A stretch of 64,000 nucleotides of DNA from Myxococcota bacterium (GCA_036012755.1 DASCPX010000190.1:89894-153893); one strand, 5' to 3'; counted from the first letter of the stretch, positions 46,774 to 57,132 are shown. A program made the numbers and translations. Notes: generated by a model from the letters alone, not told the origin.

Positions 46774-48944
46774 AGCGAGGTGCGGACCACCGTGACGTCG
46801 AGCACGTAGTCGCCGGCAGGAGCGTGGACGCGGAGGAAGTCCTCTGCGTGGGGTGCCTCCAGGGAGAAGCCGCCCGACAGATCCCGTCGCTCGAACCAGT
46901 TCACGAGTGCCAACTCGTCGATCGATGCCAGGGCCCGACCGCGGTCCGGAGGGCTGTGGGAGAAGACGATGCGCACGGCCCGAGCGTTGTTCTCCGGGTC
47001 GTCCGGGTCGGCCTCGTCTGCAGGGATGTCGAGGTCGTCCCAGAAGGGCTCCCAGTCGTAGGTCCCCGCCTCCCGACGAGCGAGGACGTCCGTGCCGAAG
47101 CTGCGGTCCCCCTCGCTGGCCTGGTACTCGGCCTCGAAGAAGGTGGGGCCAGCCTCCGCTCCACGCCGGTAGCCGAAGAGCGTCATGTCCTTGTTGGGCT
47201 CGCCGATGGCGTCGCCGACCACCCGCACCCGGTTGCGGAACCAGACCCGGCTGTCCTCGCTGTTGTAGCGGTCCCGCAGGGAACACACGGCCGCCACGCC
47301 GCGGTAGGGCTGCTCCACACAGACGAACTGGGAGTCCCCGGCCAGGTCCCAGCGCGACAGCTCCAGGCAGTCTTCGTCGACGTCGTAGTCCTCGAAGCTG
47401 CCGAACATCAGCTGATCGAGGCCCATGCGGCCGACCACACCAACGCCGTCACTGTGCAGGTACACGACCGACTCGCCGGGCTCGAGCTCGCTCCGCAGAT
47501 CGACGATGGCGACCCCGGTTGCGCCGACGTGAAGGTCCAGCTGGAGGTTGCGGCGCTCCTCGACGGCCCCGGCTCCGAAGTCGACGTGAGCGCTGCCTGC
47601 GGCCTGGGTGAGCACGCCGCCGAAGGGCAACGAGACCTGGCCGACCTTGCGCAGGAGCCAATCCGACAGCCGCCCCGTCAGCGGCCGGGGGCGGTAGTCC
47701 TCGAGGTAGATCGGCCGCACGCGCGCCGCGACGGGCAGGGTGTCCTCGAGCTCCACCTCGAAGAGCAGGCCCAGCATCGTCTCCACCCGGTCCTGGTCGA
47801 AGATGAAGTTGCCCAGGGAGTGGGCCGCGAGCACGCCCTCGTGCCAGCCGAAGCCATGCGGCGTGTGGGGGTGGTGGCCCACGACGAGCGCGGGCTGGGC
47901 CTCGCCCAACAGCTCGAGTCGACCCACCGTGTAGTCCGACGGGGCGTCCGAGTACTCCTTGCCGAAGTGTGCCTGGACGATCGGCGCTCGACCGACGGTC
48001 CACGCGTCCTCGATGGCGCCCAGGACCCTCTCGTCGTCGGTGAGATCGGCCGCCCCGCCCCGGGTGTCGCTGGCGACGAAGCCGATCTCGTACTGCGAGC
48101 CCGTCACAGATGTCATCGACAGCATCGCGAAGCGCTGGGAGCCCAGGTCGAAGTCCGAGGCGACGAAGGCCTCGTCCGCGTCCGCGCCGAGCCCAGCGTA
48201 GTCCATGCCGCTGGCGGCGACGTGGTCGATCGTGTCCTGGATGCCCGGCTCCAGGTAGTCGTAGACGTGGTTGTTGCCGAGGTTCGCGAAGTCGGCGTGC
48301 TCGGCGAGCGCGTCCAGGGACTCGGGGAAGGTGAAGAAGACGTAGGGCTTGGTCGGGTGGGGTGTGGCGGGGTCGTCCGTCACCACCGACTCGAGGTTCA
48401 CGCTCACGTAGTCGTAGCCGTCGAGCCAGGGCTCGACCCAGGTGAAGACGCGGAGCGTGCCCGGGTAGGGATCGCTGGCAGAGATCAGCGCCGCAGGATC
48501 GTCAGGCGGGACCTCGTCGAAGGCGGAGCTCTCATCGAGGTCCACGAAGCGACGCCCGAAGATGACGTCGCCGGTGAAGAGCATGCGGACCACGTCCGGG
48601 TCGTCCTCTGACATGGGCACGTCCCCGAGGTCCACCCGGGACACGGCGAGCTCGCGGACGAGGTGGACCGGGGCCTCCTCGTCGTGGAAGCCCTCCAGCG
48701 ACAGGCTGACCAGCGCGTTTTCGCGCGTGAGCCCGCCGAGCTCGAAGGAGCCATCGTCCCCGGTTCGGACCGAGCTGTCCCGAAGGCCGACGCGGGCCCC
48801 GGACAGCGGCTCTCCGCCAGCGTCCACGACGCGCCCCTCGAGGGTGATGGTGCTGCCCCTCAGGGCCTCCCACGCGGCGATCTCGGACTCCGGGAGTCCT
48901 TTCCAGGGGCCATCTGAGCAGGCCAACGAGAGCGCGAGCACCAC
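46767..48944 (-). CDS. CapA-family metallophosphoesterase lipoprotein with N-terminal carboxypeptidase-regulatory-like domain
   Basis: MVLALSLAC; TGDV, VNLES, LGNNHVYDY, HFGKEY, GHHPH, SLGNFIFDQ. Confidence 0.87.
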   Translation of the reverse strand: MVLALSLACSDGPWKGLPESEIAAWEALRGSTITLEGRVVDAGGEPLSGARVGLRDSSVRTGDDGSFELGGLTRENALVSLSLEGFHDEEAPVHLVRELAVSRVDLGDVPMSEDDPDVVRMLFTGDVIFGRRFVDLDESSAFDEVPPDDPAALISASDPYPGTLRVFTWVEPWLDGYDYVSVNLESVVTDDPATPHPTKPYVFFTFPESLDALAEHADFANLGNNHVYDYLEPGIQDTIDHVAASGMDYAGLGADADEAFVASDFDLGSQRFAMLSMTSVTGSQYEIGFVASDTRGGAADLTDDERVLGAIEDAWTVGRAPIVQAHFGKEYSDAPSDYTVGRLELLGEAQPALVVGHHPHTPHGFGWHEGVLAAHSLGNFIFDQDRVETMLGLLFEVELEDTLPVAARVRPIYLEDYRPRPLTGRLSDWLLRKVGQVSLPFGGVLTQAAGSAHVDFGAGAVEERRNLQLDLHVGATGVAIVDLRSELEPGESVVYLHSDGVGVVGRMGLDQLMFGSFEDYDVDEDCLELSRWDLAGDSQFVCVEQPYRGVAAVCSLRDRYNSEDSRVWFRNRVRVVGDAIGEPNKDMTLFGYRRGAEAGPTFFEAEYQASEGDRSFGTDVLARREAGTYDWEPFWDDLDIPADEADPDDPENNARAVRIVFSHSPPDRGRALASIDELALVNWFERRDLSGGFSLEAPHAEDFLRVHAPAGDYVLDVTVVRTSLY

Positions 48945-49055
48945 CCCCCGAGCCTAGCACGACCGCGCGAAGTGCCGGTCCCGGTAAGAGATCCGTAACC
49001 AGCGGCCTGGATCATGCCCGATACTCTTGATCACTACTCTGAAGAGGAGCGGCTC

Positions 49056-51224
49056 GTGCTGTTTCTTGTCACCAGCTTTCTCAGCTGCGACACGCAAGAC
49101 GTCCCAGACGTCGAGGACACCACCCCCGCTCCCTCCTTCATGGATCCGACCTCTGACACGGTCTCGGGGGTGGGCTGCGCCTGGACGCCAGAGGACTACC
49201 AGACCAACGCTGGTCTCCTCGTGCACGACCGCTGGGAGCTGATCGACAGCCTGCAGATCGGTGACGCCACGCTGAGATCGCCAGACGACTTCCAGACCTA
49301 CCTCGACGACAGCGACGACTTCCACCGCCAGTGGGCAGCGCTCGCTGCGACCCTGAGCCTCGAGCGCGCAGAGGTCTTCGGCATCTACTCCAGGCTCGCG
49401 GACGCCACGCTGCTCGACGGCGAGCTCACCGGCATCACCGCCGGAGAGGCCCTCGACGCGACAGCCTCTGGCGACGACGAGGACCTGCGCTACGCCCTCA
49501 CCCAGTTCAACTCGGGCTTCGGCGGCTGCAACTACAGCTGGTACCTCATCGACGACACCGACATCGACAACGACGGTGTCGGCGAGAGCGACGACTGCGA
49601 CGACCTCGACCCCCTGGTCGGCACGCTGCTCTACGAGTCCGATCTGTCCTCTGACGACGGCGAGTTCAACCCGACGGAGCACCTCGGCGAGAGCTGGGAG
49701 TGGGACGGGAACTCGGTCTACGCCACCGACGGCGGCCAGGAGGTCATGCTCGGCTCAGAGGCCTGGACCGACACGGTCGTCATCGGCGAGCTCTCCTCGC
49801 AGGGCACGGAGCCCGGCTGCGGCTTCGACTGCCTCTCCGAGTGCGGCGACTACACGCCGGACGACGACTGCTGGACCGACTACCAGGCCCTGGCCCTGGG
49901 CATCCTCTCCTTCGAGATCACCGGTGTCGGCGTGGCCACGCTCACCAACAGCGACCCCGACTACGACATCTGCCTCGAGGGCTTCGCGATGTGGGACAAC
50001 CCCGGCTCCCAGAGCCTGGTGGTTGGCGAGGAAGTGCTCCTCGGCTCGACCTACCGCATCCCCGCGGGCAGCAGCCTCGACATGTACTACGCGTCCTGGA
50101 CGACGGACAACGGCGTGTACTCGCCCTACCTCGATGAGCCCTCCTTCTGGTGCTACCAGTACGGGACTACGCTGGCGGTGGGCGACAGCTACGACTCCAT
50201 CGGCGCGTGGCTACCAGAGGACATACAGGCCCCGATCACGGACGATACCGACGAAGACGGTGACGGCGTCGAGGACCACGTCGACTGGGCCGGCGCCAGC
50301 GGCGTCCAGGCCCAGGCCAACATCTGGACCTACCAGAACAGCCACGCGGCGGTGGCCATCGGCAAGCTCGCCGAGAGCACATCGAGCGGCACGGTCGAGG
50401 TCACCTTGACCGTCCAGAACCGCGGCGCCACGGCGACCACCGCCACGGTCACCGACACCCTGCCGGCCTTCTGGAGCCTCGATTCGTGCGACGACACCCC
50501 CGACAGCGAGGGCACCAACAGCGACGAGCAGGTCGAGCTGACCTGGAGCGTGGCGCTCGACGGCTGCACCGACAGCTGCAGCACCATCGACGAGCACGTG
50601 ATCACCTGCGAGATCCGCTACAACCTCAACGCCGACCTCAACTTCGTCGAGCTGCCTCAGGCGACCGCCGACTACAACGACGGCGACGACGACGAGACCA
50701 GCAGCTCGATGAACGCCGCTGCCTTCGACTACGACTGGAACAGCGACGGCGACATCCTCTGCGGAGAGACCGAGCGCTGGCGCGCCGGCTTCCTGTCTCG
50801 GGCAGCCACGGACGACGACCAGGACGAGGGCTACCACGGCTACCGCTGCGCCCTGGCCAGCAACTCCGTGCTCGACTGCTGGGACGCGGGTCACTTCCTG
50901 CAGATCGCCGCCTTCCTCGACGTCGAAGAGGACGACATCAACAGCGAGTGCGAAGGCAGCTGCATCAACCCGAGCTTCGACCAGCTGGCGCGCACCGACC
51001 ACGACGAGTCGATGGACCTCGCCACCGGCAGCGACGCCACGATCCGCTTCTACACCTTCGAGGACGACCTCTACTGCTACGCCACCGACGGCACGGTCGA
51101 GGTCAAGGCCTCTGCGACGGCGGACTACTTCGCCGACGCGGGCGTCACGGGCATGAGCACGCTGAACATGTACGGCGACTTCGACAGCATCAAGGTCTGC
51201 GAGGCCTACGGCGTTCCCGAGTAG
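49056..51224 (+). CDS. Large acidic Cys-rich secreted lipoprotein
   Basis: GAGGAG RBS then GTG 49056 (MLFLVTSFLSC); DIDNDG..DCDD and DEDGDG loops; DUF11-like VTLTVQNRG...VTDTLP. Confidence 0.75.
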   Translation: MLFLVTSFLSCDTQDVPDVEDTTPAPSFMDPTSDTVSGVGCAWTPEDYQTNAGLLVHDRWELIDSLQIGDATLRSPDDFQTYLDDSDDFHRQWAALAATLSLERAEVFGIYSRLADATLLDGELTGITAGEALDATASGDDEDLRYALTQFNSGFGGCNYSWYLIDDTDIDNDGVGESDDCDDLDPLVGTLLYESDLSSDDGEFNPTEHLGESWEWDGNSVYATDGGQEVMLGSEAWTDTVVIGELSSQGTEPGCGFDCLSECGDYTPDDDCWTDYQALALGILSFEITGVGVATLTNSDPDYDICLEGFAMWDNPGSQSLVVGEEVLLGSTYRIPAGSSLDMYYASWTTDNGVYSPYLDEPSFWCYQYGTTLAVGDSYDSIGAWLPEDIQAPITDDTDEDGDGVEDHVDWAGASGVQAQANIWTYQNSHAAVAIGKLAESTSSGTVEVTLTVQNRGATATTATVTDTLPAFWSLDSCDDTPDSEGTNSDEQVELTWSVALDGCTDSCSTIDEHVITCEIRYNLNADLNFVELPQATADYNDGDDDETSSSMNAAAFDYDWNSDGDILCGETERWRAGFLSRAATDDDQDEGYHGYRCALASNSVLDCWDAGHFLQIAAFLDVEEDDINSECEGSCINPSFDQLARTDHDESMDLATGSDATIRFYTFEDDLYCYATDGTVEVKASATADYFADAGVTGMSTLNMYGDFDSIKVCEAYGVPE

Positions 51225-51239
51225 CGGTAGTCTCAGCGC

Positions 51240-51968
51240 ATGACGCTCCTCTGGGTGGCGCTCACCTGCAACGGCGAGGGCCCTGACGACTCGGGTTCAC
51301 CCGAGGCCGACGCTGACACCGACTCCGACACCGACACGGACCTCGAAGAGGACTGCTCGGAGGAGGGCGACGAGGACGGCGACGGGCTCGCCGACTGCGA
51401 GGATCCGGACTGCGTGGATGTGTGCCTCGAGGACTGCGACAACGGCGAGGACGACGACGGCGACGGCCTGGTCGACTGCGACGACGACGAGTGCGCCGGA
51501 GAGGCCATCTGCCTGACCGGCTACCGCGTCTCGGTCGAGGTGAAGCTCGACGACGTCACCATCGAGACCGGTGTGTCCTCCACCTACGGCTACGAGGCCA
51601 TCCTGCGCGGAACCGGCGCGGTCTACCTGTCCGCCACCCCCTACGGCGAGGGCTCGGCCTTCGACTGCTCCGGCATGCTGGTGGTCGACCCCGGCGCTGG
51701 CTCCACCTACGGCTCGGGCCTCTGCGACGGCTGCGACTGGAAGTTCGCCCTGGCGATGTCCCCCTTCTGGGTGGGTGGCTGCCCGGTGGCCACGCCCCTG
51801 CCGGTCTCCAACGTCGGCGTGACCTCCAACAGCGGCACGATCACGCGGGACTTCGACGGGACCTGGCCCGCCCAGTACGTCGCGGGCGCCCAGAGCTGGG
51901 ACTCCAGCGGCGGCACGCTGCAGGACCTCGAGCAGCAGACCGCGTGGGCCTTCCTCGGCTACTACTGA
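51240..51968 (+). CDS. Lipoprotein with DT linker and tandem EDC-x-DxDGDGLxDCxDxxC repeats
   Basis: MTLLWVALTC; DADTDSDTDTD; two acidic Cys repeats typical of myxobacterial surface proteins. Confidence 0.75.
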   Translation: MTLLWVALTCNGEGPDDSGSPEADADTDSDTDTDLEEDCSEEGDEDGDGLADCEDPDCVDVCLEDCDNGEDDDGDGLVDCDDDECAGEAICLTGYRVSVEVKLDDVTIETGVSSTYGYEAILRGTGAVYLSATPYGEGSAFDCSGMLVVDPGAGSTYGSGLCDGCDWKFALAMSPFWVGGCPVATPLPVSNVGVTSNSGTITRDFDGTWPAQYVAGAQSWDSSGGTLQDLEQQTAWAFLGYY

Positions 51969-52040
51969 TCGCCGCCACGGCCACCCGCGCCGAAGCCCTC
52001 GCGCTGCTACCTGTGCAGCTGAGTGGCTATGACAACGCCG

Positions 52041-53795
52041 ATGATCACAGCCCTGCTCGCCTGCCGGCCCGCCGCGGAGAGCGAAGCCCCCGGGGTCTAC
52101 CACCTCGGCCCGGAGACGCCGTCGGTGGGCATCTACGACGTCGAGGCGACGCCGGATGCGGTCTACGTCTCGAACCTGCACGTGCCCTTCGTGACCATCG
52201 CGGATCCGGCCACCGGCGAGCGGATGGGGGCCTTCGACCTTCGAGATGGCGAGATCGACCACGCGCTGTTCCCAACCCTGGAGATCTGGGACGGGAGACT
52301 GTGGGTGAGCGCCGTGAACGAGCAGCGCATGCTGGGCTTCGACCTCGACACCGGCGAGCTCACCACCGAGTCGCTCCCGGGGCCGCTCCTGCACGCCGAC
52401 GACGGGGGCCTCTACGCCACCTCCGCAGAGGGGGTCTGGCGCTACGACGGGGAGTGGGCGGAGCTCGAGGGCTGGACCCTGACCCCCTCGGCGCTGGACG
52501 TGGAGGGACAGCGCATGGCCGCCACCAACGGCCGCGCGGTCGAGGTCCTCGGTGAGTGGTCCGTCGACACCGAGCACAGCGAGCTGTCCGACGTCCTGCT
52601 CCTGGGCGAGGTCGTCTTCGTCACGGACCGGCTCAGCGGCGAGGTGCTGCGCGTGGGCTCGGAAGGCGTCGAGGACAGCCTCGTCACGGGCTCCGACACC
52701 TTCGCGCTGGAGGGGGTCGAGGACGACCTGCTGGTCACCAATCGCCAAGGCGCCGCCTTGCCGGACTCGGGTTCCTACGAGGGCGCCCCGGGGAGGGTCA
52801 CCCGGCTCACGACCGAGCTGCAGATCGTGTGGACGCTGGACCTCGACAAGACGATCCACTCCCTGGCCTGGGACGGCTCCAAGTGGTGGACCGCCAACGA
52901 GGACGCCCTGCGGCTGTCGTCATTCACGTCCGAGGGGGTCGAGACCCTGCGCGGAGCTCGCCTGGGCATGACCATCGACCACCTCGCCGCGAGCGAGGGG
53001 GAGCTCTGGGCGGGCTCCCACCTGACAGACGAGCTGTGGGTGGTGCAGACCGGAGAGACCGTGGCCTCCTGCGGCTGGCCCTTCCAGGTGGTGCCCTTCG
53101 AGGGGAAGGGCCACGTCGTGTGCCAGGAGTCCGGCGAGCTGCAGGTCGTGGACCTCGCCAGCCGCCAGGAGACCTCGCGCTCCAGCCTCGCCGAGACCTT
53201 CCACCGCCGCTGCGAGGACGGCCTCTGCACCGGCCACGACGCGCTGATCGGCGCGGGCTGGTCCTCTCAGGGGCTGCTGGTGGGCGACCCCCGAGAGGGC
53301 CGCGTGCTCATCGGCGATGACTGGGTGGAGCTCGAGGTCGAGGCCGCGAGCGCTCCGTCCGTCCAGCACATGGGGGTGGTGGAGCTCGGCGACGCCGTGG
53401 TCGTCTACGAACCCCGGGACGGACGCCTCGTCTCCATCCGGGATGGCCAGGTCGTCGCCTCGGTGGAGCTCGACGGCCTCGGGGAGTGGCCGCTGGTGCT
53501 GGATGGAGAGGTCGTCTGGGCCGGCAGCACCGCCTACGACGAGGACCTCGTCGCCGTGGGCACGACCGAGGGCACCGTGCTGGCCCCCGGGGTCGCCCTC
53601 GAGGGGAGCGAGCTGGTGACGGCGACGGCCCGGCTGTCCCTGGACGACCTCAGGGAGCCTCCCTACACCCGAGACGGCCAGCACGGCCCCATCCGGGTGG
53701 CCTGCGTCGGTGACGAGCTGTGGGTCGCGAGCGTCTTCCGCGGGACGGTCGAGCGGCGCGACGTGGCGACCCTCGAAGCCCTGGGGACCGACTGA
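52041..53795 (+). CDS. Beta-propeller-like lipoprotein
   Basis: MITALLAC (alternative starts 52023 and 52029); YVSN/FVTD/LVTN/WTAN blade repeats. Confidence 0.7.
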   Translation: MITALLACRPAAESEAPGVYHLGPETPSVGIYDVEATPDAVYVSNLHVPFVTIADPATGERMGAFDLRDGEIDHALFPTLEIWDGRLWVSAVNEQRMLGFDLDTGELTTESLPGPLLHADDGGLYATSAEGVWRYDGEWAELEGWTLTPSALDVEGQRMAATNGRAVEVLGEWSVDTEHSELSDVLLLGEVVFVTDRLSGEVLRVGSEGVEDSLVTGSDTFALEGVEDDLLVTNRQGAALPDSGSYEGAPGRVTRLTTELQIVWTLDLDKTIHSLAWDGSKWWTANEDALRLSSFTSEGVETLRGARLGMTIDHLAASEGELWAGSHLTDELWVVQTGETVASCGWPFQVVPFEGKGHVVCQESGELQVVDLASRQETSRSSLAETFHRRCEDGLCTGHDALIGAGWSSQGLLVGDPREGRVLIGDDWVELEVEAASAPSVQHMGVVELGDAVVVYEPRDGRLVSIRDGQVVASVELDGLGEWPLVLDGEVVWAGSTAYDEDLVAVGTTEGTVLAPGVALEGSELVTATARLSLDDLREPPYTRDGQHGPIRVACVGDELWVASVFRGTVERRDVATLEALGTD

Positions 53796-53915
53796 CAGCT
53801 GCAATAGGGCCGGGGGCGGGGACGTCACAGGGGCAGGCAGCGCTCCATTGCTCCGTAGTGCCTGGTCGAACTCGCCGACCCCGCTCGCTGTCTACCCAGA
53901 ACACCAGACGTCTCC

Positions 53916-54689
53916 ATGGTCCACACGGTCTCCGCCCCTCCCCTCGCGCTCCACCTCCACGGCCTCCGTGACCGCGTCGGCGTGCTGATCGACGCGGGGC
54001 TGCACGTGCTCCTCTGGGGTCCGCCCGGGTGGGGCAAGACCACCCTGTCCGGGGACCTGGCCCGGCGCTTCGACGAGGTCGTCAACACCACGGTCTGGCC
54101 GGGCACCGACGAGGCCACGCTCATCGCCGGACGGGTCCTCGCCGGCACGGAGACCCCCTACGAGCTGGGACCCTGGGCCCGCGCGGCCGAGCGAGCCGAG
54201 GCAGGGGGCCGCGTGCTCCTTCGCATCGCCGAGGCCCAGAACATGCCGACGGTCTGCCACCAGCACCTGGCCTCTCTCAGCGGCAACCAGGCCCTGCACC
54301 TCCCCGGTGGGCGCACCATCCACACGGGCTCCCGACTCACGGTGATCCTGGAGGCCAACCCCCCGGCGCGGATCCCGGACTTCATGCTGGACCGGCTGCA
54401 GCGCGTCGAGCTCAGGCCCTGGCCAGTGGAGGCGATCGAGGCCTGGATGCAGACCCAGGGCCTCGGGGACCCAGAGGCCGCGGCGATCGCCCGCCTCGTG
54501 GCCAGCCACAACGACTCAGAGGCCCGCACGGGCGGCAACAAGCTGATCTCCGTCCGCGGGCTGTCCGCCTATTGCCGGCTCCGGGCGGTGGGGCTCGGCG
54601 CGACACAGGCAGCCGAGCTGGGAATGCTCAGCCACTGCGATCACCGCGAGCCCTTCCTGACCGCGCTGCAGGCCGTCTGGCCGGACTGA
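53916..54689 (+). CDS. MoxR/CbbQ/NorQ-like AAA+ ATPase with degenerate Walker B
   Basis: Walker A LLWGPPGWGKT; GPWARA; Walker B VLLRIAE (Asp replaced by Ala); EANP, LDRL, ISVR. Confidence 0.8.
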   Translation: MVHTVSAPPLALHLHGLRDRVGVLIDAGLHVLLWGPPGWGKTTLSGDLARRFDEVVNTTVWPGTDEATLIAGRVLAGTETPYELGPWARAAERAEAGGRVLLRIAEAQNMPTVCHQHLASLSGNQALHLPGGRTIHTGSRLTVILEANPPARIPDFMLDRLQRVELRPWPVEAIEAWMQTQGLGDPEAAAIARLVASHNDSEARTGGNKLISVRGLSAYCRLRAVGLGATQAAELGMLSHCDHREPFLTALQAVWPD

Positions 54690-56044
54690 TGGACCTCGAA
54701 CGCGTCACCTGGCTGATCGCAGGAGCGCTGGGCATCGAGGCGCCAGAGGTCGAGCTCGGCGACCACGAGACGCGCCCCTCGGCGAGCCTCCGCGAGTACA
54801 GGATCCGCCTGCGTGATCGAGCACCCGGGGGGGAGGCGGAGCTCCTCCACGACATCGCCCACGAGCTCACCCACCTGCGCCGGAGAGACCAGCGCCGCGA
54901 GCTCGACCTCGAGGGGTCCTCCAAGCAGGAGCTGGCCCTGGAGGTGGTGGAGCTCTGGATCATCGAAGTGGCGGTGGAGGCCGAGGTCCAGGCAAGGCTC
55001 CCGGGGGTCGACATCGACGCGGCCTACAGGCGTCCGCTGAAGACCCGAGCCCCAGCCGGACAGGCACGCTGGGCCCTGACACCGGCGGTGCTCAGCGCCC
55101 TGGGTCGGCCCCCAGCAGAGGCCGAGGGGGTTCCTCGCTGGGTCGTGGCCTTCGGAGAGGGCATCGCCTCCTGCTACGGAGGCGGCGACCACCGCGCCTG
55201 GTGCGCCAACCTGCTGCAACACCACCTGAGCCGGGAGGAGCTCCTGGAGCTGCTCACCGAGCCCGGCATGCTCCCCGAGGCCCCGCCAGAGGACGAGTGC
55301 TCGGACAGCGACAAGCCGGGGCAGGACGGGGGCTGGGACTCACCGGAGCAGGACGCCAGGCCCATCCCCCTGCGCATCGGCCACGAGGCCCGCGCCGAGG
55401 TCCCGCTGCAGGCCCTGGGAGGCTTCGCCGCGAGCTCCTTCGACCGCCTCGAGCCGGGCTACGCCTACCGAGCCTCGCCCCACGGCGCCCTGCGCCCCTC
55501 GATGCTCGCCAGCAGCCTCGCCAGCCAGACCCTCTTCGAGGTGGTCCCGGACGACGCCATCACGCTCCTGATCGACGGCGGGACAGAGGCGGCCCTGCTC
55601 GCAGAGGCCTACGTCGAGGCCATCGGAGCCTTCAGGGCCCGCTACCGGGGGGGCGAGGTCCTCGTCGCTCGCTGTGTCGCAGAGGCCGCGAACCACAGGG
55701 CAGAGATCAGGGACCGGATCTGGCGCGTGGAGAGCGGGGTCGACCTCCGCCGCATGCTGGCCACCGGCTGCGACGGAGGCTTCCCCCTCGCGACGGTCCT
55801 GGAGGGCATGCTCTCCGGCAGGCTCGCCTGTCCCCAGAGACTCATCGTCCTGGGCTGGCCATGGTCGGTCCCGGACCCCTTCCGCCAGGAGCGCTGGAAG
55901 GTGGCCCTGGACGAGCTCGAGCGTGGTGGGGTCGAGGTCTACTTCGCTGGCTCCGCCTGCTTCGACGGCCTCCTCGGAGACCTCGTCGCCGCCGGAGAGG
56001 ACGAGGACGAGGGCTTCCAACGGCGAGCGCTGGTGCAGCCATGA
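54689..56044 (+). CDS. HExxH metallopeptidase-like + acidic linker + degenerate vWA-like domain protein
   Basis: TGATG-coupled; AHELTH with downstream E..VE; linker PPEDECSDSDKPGQDGG; ITLLIDGGTE, DGGFPL and RLIVLG at vWA-like spacing. Confidence 0.6.
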   Translation: MDLERVTWLIAGALGIEAPEVELGDHETRPSASLREYRIRLRDRAPGGEAELLHDIAHELTHLRRRDQRRELDLEGSSKQELALEVVELWIIEVAVEAEVQARLPGVDIDAAYRRPLKTRAPAGQARWALTPAVLSALGRPPAEAEGVPRWVVAFGEGIASCYGGGDHRAWCANLLQHHLSREELLELLTEPGMLPEAPPEDECSDSDKPGQDGGWDSPEQDARPIPLRIGHEARAEVPLQALGGFAASSFDRLEPGYAYRASPHGALRPSMLASSLASQTLFEVVPDDAITLLIDGGTEAALLAEAYVEAIGAFRARYRGGEVLVARCVAEAANHRAEIRDRIWRVESGVDLRRMLATGCDGGFPLATVLEGMLSGRLACPQRLIVLGWPWSVPDPFRQERWKVALDELERGGVEVYFAGSACFDGLLGDLVAAGEDEDEGFQRRALVQP

Positions 56045-57087
56045 ACCTGGAACCCCACCTCGACGAGATCGTGCAGATCGAGCTCTCCGTCCTGGGAGAG
56101 AAGGCGGATCGCGAAGAGCCCATCCGGCTGAAGAGCGGCCTGGTCGTGCCGAGGGACGACGCCCTGTGGAGGGCCCTGATCCGGCACCGGAAGCTCTTCG
56201 TCTTCGACCGCTTCTGGCGGACCGAGAAGCAGCGCGCGATGCTGAAGGCCGAGTACGGCCTCTTCATGGGCCGGGAGATGATCTGGATCCAGGAGGGCCC
56301 GCACCCCTTTGTCTGCGAGGGCTGGTGGCCAGTGCTCTGCAGCCCTGGCCCGCCCAACGTCATCGGCCGCACGCGGCAGCTGGTGATCGACGTCAAGAAG
56401 CACCTGCCCCGCCTGGAGTTCTCGGACACAGAGGAGTGGACCCGCCTCTTCGTGGCCACCCACGGCTTCGACACCCCCGCGATGCTCCTGCCCTACGAGC
56501 TGTCGCGCACCGGTCGAGAGGACGGCCTGCTCGCATCCTTCCTGGAGCGCGAGGAGCAGTTCGCCCTGCCCAACAAGGCCTACTTCTCGCTCTTGGCCTT
56601 CGACGGTCGAGCGGCTCGAGGGCTGGCAAAGGACGCAGACCACGCCATCGCCGTGTCAGCCGCCCGCGTCGTCCTCGCCGGCTACCAGCGCCACGCCCAC
56701 CTCGACATGGGGCGCTTCGACGCCATGGTGGCGGCCCCACTCGCCGCCTCGACCAGCCGCAGTGACCTGGTCCAGAAGGTCGAGCTCGCCCGCCGCATCG
56801 TGCTCTCGACCACGCACGGACTGCGGACACGCATGCGTCTGGCGGTCCTCGCGCCGCATATCCGCGGAGCCCGGACGTCCTCGGCCATCGAGCGCGCGAA
56901 GAAGAAGGCCCTGGCGAACCCCGCGGTCCTGCAGGGACTCGCCGAGGTCGAGGACGAGGTCGTCCGCCAGTGCACGGGCGACTTCGAGGGGGCCTTCGGG
57001 GTCGATCTCCGCTCTCGCCCCCGGCGGGTCGTCCAGCGTGGTCACAGCCGACTGCGAGACCTGATGGCAGGGCGGTGGCGGGCGTGA
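56041..57087 (+). CDS. Hypothetical protein, third gene of the AAA+ operon
   Basis: ATGA-coupled, 348 aa, host-like codon usage, no motif recognised. Confidence 0.7.
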   Translation: MNLEPHLDEIVQIELSVLGEKADREEPIRLKSGLVVPRDDALWRALIRHRKLFVFDRFWRTEKQRAMLKAEYGLFMGREMIWIQEGPHPFVCEGWWPVLCSPGPPNVIGRTRQLVIDVKKHLPRLEFSDTEEWTRLFVATHGFDTPAMLLPYELSRTGREDGLLASFLEREEQFALPNKAYFSLLAFDGRAARGLAKDADHAIAVSAARVVLAGYQRHAHLDMGRFDAMVAAPLAASTSRSDLVQKVELARRIVLSTTHGLRTRMRLAVLAPHIRGARTSSAIERAKKKALANPAVLQGLAEVEDEVVRQCTGDFEGAFGVDLRSRPRRVVQRGHSRLRDLMAGRWRA

Positions 57088-57103
57088 CCCAAGCTACAGG
57101 TAC

Positions 57104-57132
57104 ATGACAATTGTCCGTAAGGGTGGTGTAAT
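57104..57132 (+). promoter_or_regulatory. Sigma70-like promoter with overlapping perfect palindrome
   Basis: ATGACA-N17-TGTAAT in an AT-rich gap; palindrome GACAATTGTC at 57106-57115. Confidence 0.5.

Noticed and set aside
53796..53915. Structured RNA or G-quadruplex before the AAA+ operon (four G-runs enclosed by GCAAT...ATTGC)
   Set aside because: G-runs and a short imperfect stem are common at this GC content, and there is no covariation evidence.
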